Shown here: positions 30,730 to 40,900 of the stretch, piece after piece
How the letters are laid out: each line of letters starts with the position of its first letter
Position numbering within the stretch: position 1 is the first letter of the stretch
Source of the DNA: an uncultured bacterium
GTDB taxonomy: Bacteria; Verrucomicrobiota; Verrucomicrobiia; Verrucomicrobiales; DEV007
NCBI GenBank assembly: GCA_963977015.1
Contig: CAXBMO010000006.1
Coordinates: forward strand, 281,023 to 345,022
DNA: 64,000 nucleotides
Direction: 5' to 3'
The notes under the pieces: model-generated
Seen by the model: the letters and a program-made list of their open reading frames with translations, nothing else
Databases searched by the model: none
Told to the model about the DNA's origin: nothing
Program-made: the position numbers and the translations under genes

Positions 30730-32133
30730 CTAGGAATCGACTCGGAAAAACTTCAGTTGGCCGGAGGAATTCCCCACAACCAGGGTTTTCCCTTTCTCGG
30801 TCGCAACGACGACGGATTGAATCGGGGTTCCCCCGTCAAGTTCGTGCCGCCACCAGATCGTCTTTCCGCTCGCATCCCAAAGCCGGACCGCCTGGTCCCG
30901 GCCTGCGGTGAACAGGGTCCCGTCCGGGCCGAACTTCGCCGCGAGAATGCCGTTTGGCAGCTTGCCGTAGACGCCTTTCGGCCGGTGTGGTGGATGTGCG
31001 TTCTTCTTGGTAATCGCGGGCCAGCCGTCGGTGACGTCCCACCAGACCACGAGGCCGTCTTCCCCGACCGAGGCGAGCAGCTTGCTGTCGGAGCGCCAGT
31101 CCAGTGCGCGGACCGAGGCGGTGTGTTCCGCCAAGGTCAGGAGAATCCCGCCGCTTTTCGCATCCCAAAGATGAACGGCACCGGCGCGATCCGACGTCGC
31201 CAGGATCTTACCGTCCGGGCTGAACGCAGCCGCCGTGATCCAGTCGGTGTGCTTTTCGATCTTGTATTGCAGGGTCCCGTCGGTCGTGGAGTAGACCTTG
31301 ACGACCTTGCCCGAGCCGCCCAACGCGACGAGCTGCTGGTCCGGGCTGAGGTCGGCGGCAAGCACCGCGTCGATCTCGTCACCGATCGCTGCAAGCCGCG
31401 AGCCGGTTTTCACGTCGAATAAAACCACTTTGCCGGATTCGACCGGCTGTCCTCCGGCCACCATCAGCACCGCGCCATCGCGGCTGAACCGGATCACGTG
31501 GGGTACCCCTTCAGGGAACGGCAGCTTGCCGAGTTCCTCCTCGGTTTCCGCGTGCAACAGCCGGACGTGTTCCTGACCGGCCACCGCGAGCAACGGCGCC
31601 CACGGACTCGCGTCCATCGCCAGAACAGGGAGCGGGCGCACAATCTCCGGCACCTCGATTTCCGGCAAATTCTCCGGCATCGCGGGATTCTCCGGCTTTC
31701 CGCCGGTAGTCGCCGCCGGCTGGAAGCTCAAATCCCGTGCCGCGACCATCGAGTCGCTCCCGGCGGATTCCCGCAGTCCGGTGTCGATCCATTTCTGGAT
31801 CATCGCGATTTGCTCCTCCGGCATCGGCGGCTTGTTCGGCGGCATCCGGAAGTCGTCGTCGGCATCAACAATGATCTCGTAAAGCAGGCTCTGGCTCGAA
31901 CGCCCCGCGACGACCAACTCGCCACCGCTGCCGCCTTTCAGGGTTCCCGCGTAACTCTGCAGGTTCAAATCCGCCTTCTGCTTGTCGTCGCCGTGGCACT
32001 TCAGGCAGTGCTGCCGGAAAATCGGCTTGATATGGTCGTTGTAAGTCACCGCGTCCTCATCTGCGCACAGACCGGCCAAGGGAAAGAGGGAACACAGAAG
32101 GAACAATCGTCTCATCGCTGGGGGATTTGTCAT
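30730..32133 (-). CDS. Planctomycete cytochrome c (PSCyt1) plus WD40 repeat protein
   Basis: IKPIFRQHCLKCHG (CxxCH), RMPP, IQKWID; WD40 units HTDWITAAAFSPDG, HTASVRALDW. Start 32133 or 32115. Confidence 0.9.
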   Translation of the reverse strand: MTNPPAMRRLFLLCSLFPLAGLCADEDAVTYNDHIKPIFRQHCLKCHGDDKQKADLNLQSYAGTLKGGSGGELVVAGRSSQSLLYEIIVDADDDFRMPPNKPPMPEEQIAMIQKWIDTGLRESAGSDSMVAARDLSFQPAATTGGKPENPAMPENLPEIEVPEIVRPLPVLAMDASPWAPLLAVAGQEHVRLLHAETEEELGKLPFPEGVPHVIRFSRDGAVLMVAGGQPVESGKVVLFDVKTGSRLAAIGDEIDAVLAADLSPDQQLVALGGSGKVVKVYSTTDGTLQYKIEKHTDWITAAAFSPDGKILATSDRAGAVHLWDAKSGGILLTLAEHTASVRALDWRSDSKLLASVGEDGLVVWWDVTDGWPAITKKNAHPPHRPKGVYGKLPNGILAAKFGPDGTLFTAGRDQAVRLWDASGKTIWWRHELDGGTPIQSVVVATEKGKTLVVGNSSGQLKFFRVDS

Positions 32134-32185
32134 GGATCGTCGAAAAATGGCTGCCGGAAGTTGAGATCGAGCACCATTCAAACAC

Positions 32186-32214
32186 AGGACTCCTCAATCT
32201 GACAGAATCTGACA
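32186..32214 (-). promoter_or_regulatory. Bipartite motif TGTCAGATT-N12-GGAGTCCT (ECF-like promoter), copy 2
   Basis: Upstream of the cytochrome-WD40 gene. The spacer contains a third TGTCAGATT. Confidence 0.55.
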
Positions 32215-32251
32215 AGTTTTTTTGAGAAGACTGCCGACTCAGCCGCGCAAT

Positions 32252-33586
32252 TCAAGTTCCCAAACCGTCGAGCCGCGTCTCCGCGTCGCCGAATTCCTCC
32301 GCGGTCACGCCCATGCGGTCGAGGAGGGAGAGGTGGAGGCGACAGAGGCGGCGATTCTCTTTCTCCGTGAAGTCCAGAACCTGACCGCCTTTCACCGATC
32401 CGCCGCCGCGTCCGGCGAGGAGGACCGGAAGTTGCGTCGCGTCGTGCTTGTTGCCGTCCATGAGGCTGGAAAGAAGCACGATCATGCTGTTATCGAGCAG
32501 GCTGCGGCCGCCTTCGTCGGTGGCGGCCATCTTTTTCAGCGCCTCGGCCCAGAGTCCGACGTTGAACTCGTTCATCTTCTGATACATGGCCATGTTTTCC
32601 GGGTTTCTCCCGTGATGGGAAAGGCCGTGGGAATGGCCGCGCACGCCTTCGAGGAAACCGTAGTCCATGCTGGAAAGATCGTTGTTGATCATGAAGGTGG
32701 CGATGCGCGTCTTATCCATCTGGTAAGCCAAAACCATGATGTCGAACATCAGCCGCATGTGTTCCTCGACCGATTTCGGGATCGCGGCGTCGGGGCGGGG
32801 CATGGTGGCCTCGGTGACGGTGGGCTGCCAGCCCTGGCCGTTGGTTTCGACCTTGCTTAGCTTTTCGGCCTGCTCAAGACGCTGCTCGAGTTCGCGAACG
32901 CTGGTCAGATACTCGTCGAGCTTGCGCTGATCGTGACCGCTGAGGTGTTTCTGAAGCGACTGGGCTTCGGCAAGGACGGAGTCGAGGATGCTGCGATTGC
33001 GCTGGCGATGTTCGCCGCTGTTGAAGAGGCGGTCGAAGGCGAGGCGCGGGTAGACTTCCTTCGGCGTTGGCGTGGTGGGTGAACTCCACGAGATGTGGCC
33101 GGAATAGAGCTGGGCGTAGCCGGCTTCCGTGCCTCCGCCGGAACCCTCCGTGCCGAGCACGAGACTGGATAGCTCCGTGGCCTGGCCGACCGTCCGCGCC
33201 GCCAATTGATCGACGGAAATCCCCACTTCCACGTCGGTGGTGGTGCGCTTCACGGTGAGACCGGAGAGAACGTTCATCTTCCCGTAGTGGCCCTCCGCGG
33301 TCTTGTGAGCCGTCTGATTGCTCAGGCCTTGGATGAGGGTCAACTGGTCCTTGATTGATTCGAGCGGGCGAAGCGTGTTCTTCAAGGTCAGACCGTTGGC
33401 GCCCTGTGTCGCGCCCCAGTGCTCGACGTTCACGCCGTTGCCCATGAAGACGAAACCGAGGCGTCGCGGGGCTTCCGACCCGGCGGGCGTGGCGGCGAAG
33501 GTCCTGACGGATTCCATCCAGGGCAGTGCCATGGTGATGCCGAGTCCGCGGAGAAAGGTGCGACGGTTGGTGAATTGAGACTTCAT
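32252..33586 (-). CDS. DUF1552 protein (Tat-exported)
   Basis: NRRTFLRGLG..ALPWMES, SVDQLAA, PRLAFDRLF, SILDSV, KLDEYLTSVRELE, HGLSHH. Confidence 0.93.
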   Translation of the reverse strand: MKSQFTNRRTFLRGLGITMALPWMESVRTFAATPAGSEAPRRLGFVFMGNGVNVEHWGATQGANGLTLKNTLRPLESIKDQLTLIQGLSNQTAHKTAEGHYGKMNVLSGLTVKRTTTDVEVGISVDQLAARTVGQATELSSLVLGTEGSGGGTEAGYAQLYSGHISWSSPTTPTPKEVYPRLAFDRLFNSGEHRQRNRSILDSVLAEAQSLQKHLSGHDQRKLDEYLTSVRELEQRLEQAEKLSKVETNGQGWQPTVTEATMPRPDAAIPKSVEEHMRLMFDIMVLAYQMDKTRIATFMINNDLSSMDYGFLEGVRGHSHGLSHHGRNPENMAMYQKMNEFNVGLWAEALKKMAATDEGGRSLLDNSMIVLLSSLMDGNKHDATQLPVLLAGRGGGSVKGGQVLDFTEKENRRLCRLHLSLLDRMGVTAEEFGDAETRLDGLGT

Positions 33587-33598
33587 GGGGTGAGATTG

Positions 33599-33695
33599 TT
33601 TAGCACGGATGGAACACGGATGAGACTGATTTCACGGATTTTCTCTGCCAATTGACAATCCGTGCCATCCCTCTAATCCGTGTTTCATCCGTGCC
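33599..33695. repeat. CACGGAT/ATCCGTG hairpin repeat, copy 1
   Basis: Left arm GCACGGATGGAACACGGATGAGACTGATTTCACGGATT pairs imperfectly with right arm AATCCGTGCCATCCCTCTAATCCGTGTTTCATCCGTGC. Confidence 0.9.
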
Positions 33696-33704
33696 TGAAA
33701 AAAA

Positions 33705-34067
33705 TCAAAGGACGACGCGTTTGAATTCCATTTGGGTTCCTCGAAAGTTCAGGATCAGCCCGACGTTCTTTTTCGCGATCCGCAGGTAGTTGAGCATTTG
33801 TCCAATCTCATCGTCGCCAATCTTCGGGATCGATTTGCAGTCTACAACGACTTCATCATCCACAACAAAGTCCGGCTGACAGTCGCCGACGACCTATTCG
33901 TGGTAAAAAATGGGATAGCGAGGCTGCTGAACGTAGTCGATCAATTGTTCTTCGAAGTCGATGGCGAGGGCATTTTCGTAGGGCTTTTCGCGAAGGCCCG
34001 GACCCAGTTCGGTGTGGACCCGCATGCCGCACCCAATGATTTGATAGGTCAGGTCTCCTTCTTTCAT
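33705..34067 (-). pseudogene. GxxExxY (PD-(D/E)xK-like) protein with an internal TAG
   Basis: IIGCGMRVHTELGPGLREKPYENAL; TAG at 33896-33894; the frame continues VVGDCQPDFVVDDEVVVDCKS..QMLNYLR..GLILNF..KRVVL to TGA. Confidence 0.9.
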
Positions 34068-34077
34068 GGGTGTGTTT

Positions 34078-34156
34078 TTTAGCACGGATGGAACACGGAT
34101 GAGACGGATTTCACGGATTTTCTCAGCCAATTGACAATCCGTGTTTCATCCGTGCC
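34078..34156. repeat. CACGGAT/ATCCGTG hairpin repeat, copy 2
   Basis: Near-identical direct copy of 33599-33695 lacking an 18-nt unit in the right arm. Confidence 0.9.
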
Positions 34157-34162
34157 CCAAAC

Positions 34163-37099
34163 TCAGTCGTTCCGCCGATTTTGGAACTGCCGACTCTCGA
34201 CTATGGTGCGAACGGCTGCGGAGAACCTGTAGTCCGACTTGGGGAGATCAAGCTCCATTTTCTCCAGCAACGGCCGGTCGGTGATGATGACTTCGCGGCC
34301 GAGGGCGTAGCCGAGGAGCTTGGTGCAGAATTGCCGCAGAAAATCGGCTTGCTGCCCGGCGAGATGTCCCTTCAAGCCCTCGGGGCCGGCAAACGTCTCG
34401 CCATTGAGCAGCGTGGCCGTCGCGTCGATCGGCTTGCCTTCGGAATCTGCGTCTCGCCAGCGGCCAATGGCGTCGAAATTCTGGAGCGCGAAGCCGGGGG
34501 GATCGATCCGGGAGTGGCAGCCGCTGCAACTGGACGACTCGCGATGTTTTTCCAAACGCTCACGAAGCGGGAGTTTTCCGACCAGACCGTCCTCTTCCAG
34601 TTCCGGCACATCGGCAGGAACCGGGGGCATTTCATAGCCGAGCACGGTGGATAGAATCCAATCGCCGCGCCGCACGGGGCTGGCGCGATCCGGAAAGGCG
34701 GTGCTGGCGAGGATCGCGCCCATGCCGAGAATGCCACCGCGAGGCTCGTCGACTGGCCAGCGGGTAAACGCGGCGGCGGTTCCCGGCTCGAAGCTCGCAA
34801 CCTGGTAATGATCCGCGAGACGCTGATCCAGGTAGGTGTAGTCCGCGTGGAGGATGTCGGTCACCGGACGGTCGTTGGCGATGAGGTCAGCGAAGAATTG
34901 GGTGATCTCGCCCTGCATGGATTTGCGCAGGGCTTCGTCGAACTCCGGGAAGAGCTCCGGGTCGATATTGGTGTCATCGCGGAAATCGCGGAAACCGAGC
35001 CACTGACCGGCGAATTCCGTCGCCAGAGACCGCGATTTCGGGTCGGCGAGGAGGCGGGCGAGCTGCTGCCGAAGCGTTTCGGCTTCGAGAATCGAGCCGT
35101 CGGCCGCAGTCGAGCGAAGTTCCGCGTCCGGGGTCGTGGACCAGAGGAAATAGCTGAGCCGCGAGGCGAGGTTCCAGGCGTCGAGCCGGGTTTCGGGTTC
35201 GGAACTTTGGGGCGGCTCGGTTTTGAAGAGAAAGGGCGAGGAAACGAGGATGCGAACGACGACTTCGCGAGCCGCTTCCTCGCGGTTCTCGGTTTCAGCA
35301 AAGGCGGCTTGGTAGGCCTCGGCAAGGGCGCTGTTCTGCGCCTCGGAAAGCGGACGGCGGTAGGCGAGCGCGGCGAAATCCGCGAGGTGGTTCACGAGAA
35401 ACTCGTCCCATAGAGCCGCCCGCTCCGTCCCCAATCTTTTTCTGGAGAGGAGCCAAAAATGATGCAGGTCGATGAGGATTTGTTCGGGACGATGGCGTTC
35501 GGCAGCGGGCACCCGCTCCGCGAGTTGTTGGTAAGTCAGGTAGTAAACGCCGACCGGGGCGCGGTTTTGCGTCAAGTGCAGGCCGGTTTCGTTGAGCCTT
35601 GATTCCCGGCTGCCGGGGAAAATGCGGCTCTTGGCCTTGACGGCGCGGAAAAAATCGGGGCCGACCTTGCTCCTGTCCGCGAACTTGAAGCGAAGCGTCG
35701 ACATCAGAGGACGCAATTTCGGTTTCTGTCCTGCCATCACCGCAGTTTGGAAGGAGGCGAACTCCGAATCTGGATGATCCGGCTCCAGCTTTGAGGAAGC
35801 CTTCAAAACCCGCACTTCAGCGGGCAGCCAAATCTCGATGGTGGACGGCGCCTGAACCGTGAACCCATCCTCTGGCGATTTTCCGCCCGTCGCGTGAGTT
35901 CCCCGAAGTGCCAAAGTAGAGCGGAGCTGCTTCAATTCGGATTCGGCTGCCTTGATCTCGCCCTTTTCGCGCAACGCGATTTGCTCCCCGACGTAATCAA
36001 AAAGCGGAACCTTCTTGTCTCGGCCGATCGTGACTTCGAGATTCGTCCATTGCACCAAATCGCCCTTGTTCCCATCGCCCATGTCGGTCACGCAAAGGTA
36101 GAAATTCCCGTCGCCGTTCTCGCGCGTGGCGCCACCGATGTATTGGGACTCCGACATCCATTCCTGCATCTCCACTGCGATGGCTGAGAGGCCTTCCTTC
36201 AACGCCGACTCGTTTCCGGGCGCCGGGAGCTCCTGCCACGGAATGCGAATGCGATTGAGAACTGGATTGCTGGTTTCCTTGTTCAGGAAATTCCACCAGT
36301 TCTGGAGAAACACCGGGTCGAGATCGCCCTGCTTTCCCAGCTCAGCCAATTCTCCCTGCCCATGCCGGTGGCGCCAGCAGGCTCGCAGATAGTCCTCCAC
36401 CCGCAGCTCCTCAAACGCGTCCGGAAGCATCTCGCCCAAGCGATCGAAATACCAGCCGCGAAGCCGCAGGTTCAACTCCGGCGCGATCGTCGCAGAACCA
36501 CGCAAGCCGACCGGTTCCGACCGAAATTCGAGCCCCGCGCCGGGCAAAATCGAAGCACGGCTCGCGACTTCCCGCGCCGCGTCGAGATACTTCTGCATCT
36601 GCTCCGGGCTGACGAACAACACATCACCCGTGTTGGTGAACCCCTCGCCGCCGCCGGCATCCCGGGCGAACTTCCGCGAAAGCTGCAGATCGAGCCCGGT
36701 CAGATCGCGAATCGTGTTGTCGTATTCGGTGTTCGTCAGGCGCCGCATCGTGACGTGTCCCGGATCGCCCGCGCCCTTCCGCGCCACACGGTCCAACGCG
36801 CCGTCGATCCAACCCAGCAAAATCTCGCGCTCCGCGTCGGTCGGCTGCGTTTTCTTATCAGCCGGCGGCATTTCCCGGTTTTCGACGAGACGGGCGACTT
36901 TTTCCCACAGATGATGCGACGCCATCGCCTCGGCTTCGTCCGTAAAGGAGAAAAGATCGACCTCGCCCTCCTGCACCGAGTCGTCATGGCATTCCCAGCA
37001 AACCCGTTCCAGGACGGGCTCGGCCTGCTCCCAGGTCGGCTGAGAGAAGGCGGTAGCTGCCAGAAAGAGGCTGGTGATCAGGAGCAGGCGGAGAATCAT
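34163..37099 (-). CDS. DUF1592/1587/1588/1595/1585 cytochrome c-containing protein
   Basis: CWECH, MRRLTNTEYDNTIRDL, LASRLSYFLWSTTPD, ASPVRRG, CSGCH..IDPPGFALQNFDAIGRWR, YALGR. Confidence 0.92.
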   Translation of the reverse strand: MILRLLLITSLFLAATAFSQPTWEQAEPVLERVCWECHDDSVQEGEVDLFSFTDEAEAMASHHLWEKVARLVENREMPPADKKTQPTDAEREILLGWIDGALDRVARKGAGDPGHVTMRRLTNTEYDNTIRDLTGLDLQLSRKFARDAGGGEGFTNTGDVLFVSPEQMQKYLDAAREVASRASILPGAGLEFRSEPVGLRGSATIAPELNLRLRGWYFDRLGEMLPDAFEELRVEDYLRACWRHRHGQGELAELGKQGDLDPVFLQNWWNFLNKETSNPVLNRIRIPWQELPAPGNESALKEGLSAIAVEMQEWMSESQYIGGATRENGDGNFYLCVTDMGDGNKGDLVQWTNLEVTIGRDKKVPLFDYVGEQIALREKGEIKAAESELKQLRSTLALRGTHATGGKSPEDGFTVQAPSTIEIWLPAEVRVLKASSKLEPDHPDSEFASFQTAVMAGQKPKLRPLMSTLRFKFADRSKVGPDFFRAVKAKSRIFPGSRESRLNETGLHLTQNRAPVGVYYLTYQQLAERVPAAERHRPEQILIDLHHFWLLSRKRLGTERAALWDEFLVNHLADFAALAYRRPLSEAQNSALAEAYQAAFAETENREEAAREVVVRILVSSPFLFKTEPPQSSEPETRLDAWNLASRLSYFLWSTTPDAELRSTAADGSILEAETLRQQLARLLADPKSRSLATEFAGQWLGFRDFRDDTNIDPELFPEFDEALRKSMQGEITQFFADLIANDRPVTDILHADYTYLDQRLADHYQVASFEPGTAAAFTRWPVDEPRGGILGMGAILASTAFPDRASPVRRGDWILSTVLGYEMPPVPADVPELEEDGLVGKLPLRERLEKHRESSSCSGCHSRIDPPGFALQNFDAIGRWRDADSEGKPIDATATLLNGETFAGPEGLKGHLAGQQADFLRQFCTKLLGYALGREVIITDRPLLEKMELDLPKSDYRFSAAVRTIVESRQFQNRRND

Positions 37100-37358
37100 C
37101 GATTGGAATTGGGACGTTAGAAGAATGCCGCACAAGCTTTACCTCAAAATTACTTTGGAGAGCCAGAATCAGGCAAAGCGCGATATCAAAACGCCGAAAC
37201 CTACCCTGCGACTTGCCCGGGAAGTTGCTTCCCACAGTCAGAAGCCCGACTCAGCGAACGGGGAAATCGCGGAAACCCAGGGGCTCTGAAATACCAGATT
37301 GTCATCCTGCTGAAACGGGATTGAAATCTTTCCGAAACGCAGGAAGCTCGAAAACATC

Positions 37359-37814
37359 ATGCGCAACATCTTGATTCTGCTGAGTTTGTTGGTTGGTCCG
37401 GTCGCAGTTGCCACGCTCTGGAAGAGTCTGACCGGAGCCGAATTGCTGGCGCTCGAGGATTAGGGTCGGCTTGGGCTGGTCTTGCTGTTCTGCTTCACGG
37501 GCATCGGTCATTTCATCCAGACTGGCCCGATGTCGCAGATGCTGCCGCCCTTCGTTCCGGCGCGGGTCGCGATCGTTTACGTGACCGGCGTGCTCGAGAT
37601 TCTCGGAGGCATCGGTCTGCTCGTTCCGATGACGAGCCGCGCCGCGGGAATCTGTCTCCTCGTCTTTTTGATCCTGATTCTGCCTGTGAACATTTACAGC
37701 GCGATTCAGCGGGTCCCGATGGGAGGGCACGCCAGCGGTCCGGCATACCTTTTGGCACGCGTTCCGTTGCAATTGATCTTCATTGGATGGACCTGGTGGT
37801 TCGGCGTCCGCTGA
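37359..37814 (+). pseudogene. DoxX-like membrane protein with an in-frame TAG at 37461-37463 (or a shorter product from a downstream start)
   Basis: MRNILILLSLL...LED*GRLGLVLLFCFTGIGHF..MLPPFVP..TGVLEILGGIGLL..PVNIY..RVPLQ. Confidence 0.7.
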
Positions 37815-37949
37815 ATTTTGGGAGCGTTTGAAAATGATGACGGACGCGCAAGTTGTTCCACTTTTTCAAACGACCCATCATCGGGATTTGAAGCAGGGAA
37901 AATTCAACTTATGCCTCGAACTAACCGCAAACGCCTGAAAGGTAGGGTC

Positions 37950-40900
37950 ATGAAGAGAAGGTTCGAATGCACGATGATCATCGCCGGGTTGATGCTTGTG
38001 AGCGGGTGTGAAATTGAGCAGGAGATCAACGACCGGAGCGAAGAAAAGCCAAAGCCTGAGTTCCATGTCAGGGAAGACGGAGTGGCCGGATTGACCCGGG
38101 AACAAACGCTTCCGGATCGCAATCTCAGGGGATTCGGCAAGGTGTCCGGTGTTCTTTGGAATTCTCCGGAGGGCTCGATCCTGCAGATCAACTGTGAGGA
38201 GACGCAGGATGCTCTTTTGACTCATGCCAAATATTTGTCGGACCTGCGGACGACGTCCTACGAATTGGAAAAAGTCACGATCCCGGACACGAATCTGTCA
38301 GCGTGGCAGGTGGAGGGGCAGGGTGTCGTTTCGGCGCTTTGCGAAGGAACCCGGGTTTTCATCATCGCTTCGTCGGAAATCGAGGGACTGGTGAAACTGA
38401 TTCGCGATGGATTTTCCGGTGAAGTTGCGAAAGCCGAGTCCGAACCAAAGGCGGAGGTCCCGATGTGGCTGGACCGCTGGGATCAATACGGGTTCCGTTT
38501 TTACTACCGGCCCTGGGAGCGGCCAAAATCAGGAGCATTTCAGGCCGAGAATTACGATGTCAGTCAGGAATTTGAGTTTGCGGAGCAATCGGATCGCAGT
38601 GGGTTTGTCTTTTGGGCGACCACCAACCAGGTGGATACCGCGGAGGGCATGACCAACTACGGGTACTGGAATTTTGCCGCCAAAGCGGCTGCCGCGAAAA
38701 AGCTGCCCGTGGGACTGAACATCATGACCGGTGGCCCGGGCATGAGCTGGTTTCACAACCGCTATCGAGACCAGGGCAGCATGAAAATGCCGCAGTACTG
38801 CGGGACCTATCATGAGGTGGCCAACGATTACTTTGGAGGAAGTGGGTTCGTTTCGTGGAATGCGACCACGGCGAAGGATGCCAACCTGGGAATCATTCAG
38901 GACTTTATCAATGAGTCCGCCGCGCACGGAAATTTGACCACGATCCTCGAGCCGCACGGGGAATTAAAGCACGGGGATTACGATCTGTTTATGGAATACG
39001 GTCCCATCGCGGATCGCGGTTTTCAGAGCTATCTGAAGACGCAGTATAACTCGCTTGCTCAACTCAATACCGCGTGGGGAACTTCGCTCAAATCGTGGGA
39101 GGAAGCCCGGGTTCCCGAGGTCGCTTCGTTTCTGGGTTGGGGAAAACAGGCCTTTGATCTGACCGGGCAATGGCGGATTCAACAGGAACCCGAATTCGAG
39201 GAAAAGGCGACCGGCGCCGAGCAGGCCGAGACGACTTCATCCAAGGCGCCGAAGGAATGGTTTGAAGCGGATTTCGATGATTCCTCCTGGCCGGCCTTTC
39301 TCGCTCCGGGTCATGACCGGACCATGTTTTTGCCCAAGAAACCGGCGGTTTACCGACAGACGATCGACCTGCCTGCCACCTGGATACAGGGCAAGAAAAA
39401 GGTCTATCTCTATTGCTGGGATCTGAATCGCGACTGGCATCAACCTGTCTTGCTTTATATCAACGGAAAACTGGCGGCGGAAGACAAGGTGAAGCATCCC
39501 GTCAGTCACTATATGGCGGTAGATGTCACGGCACATCTCCAGGCGGGGAAGAACCAGATCACCCTGCGATTGCCGTCCGGTTATCTGGCATACCGAATCT
39601 ATCTATCGCCGGACGAACCGCTGCAGTATCCCGCTCTCGGGAAGGAAAAGAATGCGCTTTGGGTCGACTTCATGGGGTGGATCCGCTGGTCCCGGGTTGA
39701 GATGGCCCGGCGCGGGATGGAGATGATTCGCCAGGCCCAGCCGGATATCCAGATTGATCTGATGGCGCCGGATGGTTATGAAGACGGGGTAAAGCAACTC
39801 GCGCAACGCTACGGAGGAAATTTCAAAAACACGGGCTACATGGGTGCGTTCTGGGCCGATCATCTTCCTTCTCAGATGCGTAGTGCCGGCTTGCCATTCT
39901 CGCTCGAACCCGGAGGTCCGGCCTCAACCCTCGAGGGCTTCAAAAAACAACTCGGGCTCTATCACACCGAAGGCCTCAACGGAATCGATTACTTCATCCA
40001 TATCGGAAGTGTCATGTGGCCCGATGACATCCGTGCGCATTTTCAGAAGACCCTGAAGACGACTCGTTTGATCGGCAAATATCACCCGCCCCAAAGTGAG
40101 GTCGCCTTCTTTTGGGGGACCAAGAACAAAGCGCTGCAGGGATATCCCTGGGGAACCGATCCTGACGTCAATCTTCCCTCTGCCTATAATTGCAAGGACA
40201 CTGCGAACCAGTTGCTCTGGCGGGGATGGCCGAGGGATAATGTATCGGAAAGCGATTTTGCCAACGGCAACGCGAATCAATACAAGGTCATCATCGATAC
40301 CAACACCTCGATCATGACCGAGGAGCAATTGAAGGGAATCGAGGACTATGTCCGCCAAGGAGGGACCTTTCTAACCTTTATCCAAACCGGGCGCCACACG
40401 CCGACCGAAACCGATACCTGGAAGATATCAACGTTGACCGGCTACAAGGTGTTGTCCTGGGATTTGCCGGTCTCCGACCAAGACCCGGGACCGCAACCCA
40501 TGAAGCCGGCTCCCGGTCAGGAGTTTTTCACGCAGAAGGACGGCTGGGTCTATCGAGCGAGCGTCGGTCTCCGCCTTGAAAAAGTGGCTCCGGATGCGCA
40601 GGATCTTCTCCACTGGAATGACGGAACGGTCGCTGCCGGGATGCGATCGATCGGCAAGGGAAGAATCATTCATTTCGGTCCGCGCAATGGAACCCAATGG
40701 TGGCCCGGTGTGGATGTCGATGCCCTGGAATCGATCTTGAGAAATTTGAACATCAGTCAGGTGCCGGCGCATTTTGAGAAGGAGCAAAATGGCAAGGATC
40801 TTCTCATGCGCCACTATGTGACGAACAATGGTCTCTATCACGTCTGGGCGGTCTGGAATCAGAACCCAACGGAATCCCGCCAGGCAACATTGGTCTTCGA

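Noticed and set aside
33599-34156. CACGGAT repeats as a CRISPR array
   Set aside because: Units are 7-11 nt with no unique ~30-nt spacers, they form hairpins, and no cas genes are present.
33894-37463. Genome-wide amber recoding
   Set aside because: Many intact genes here end in TAG at the expected C-terminus (16632, 19996, 29329, 30730, 56333).
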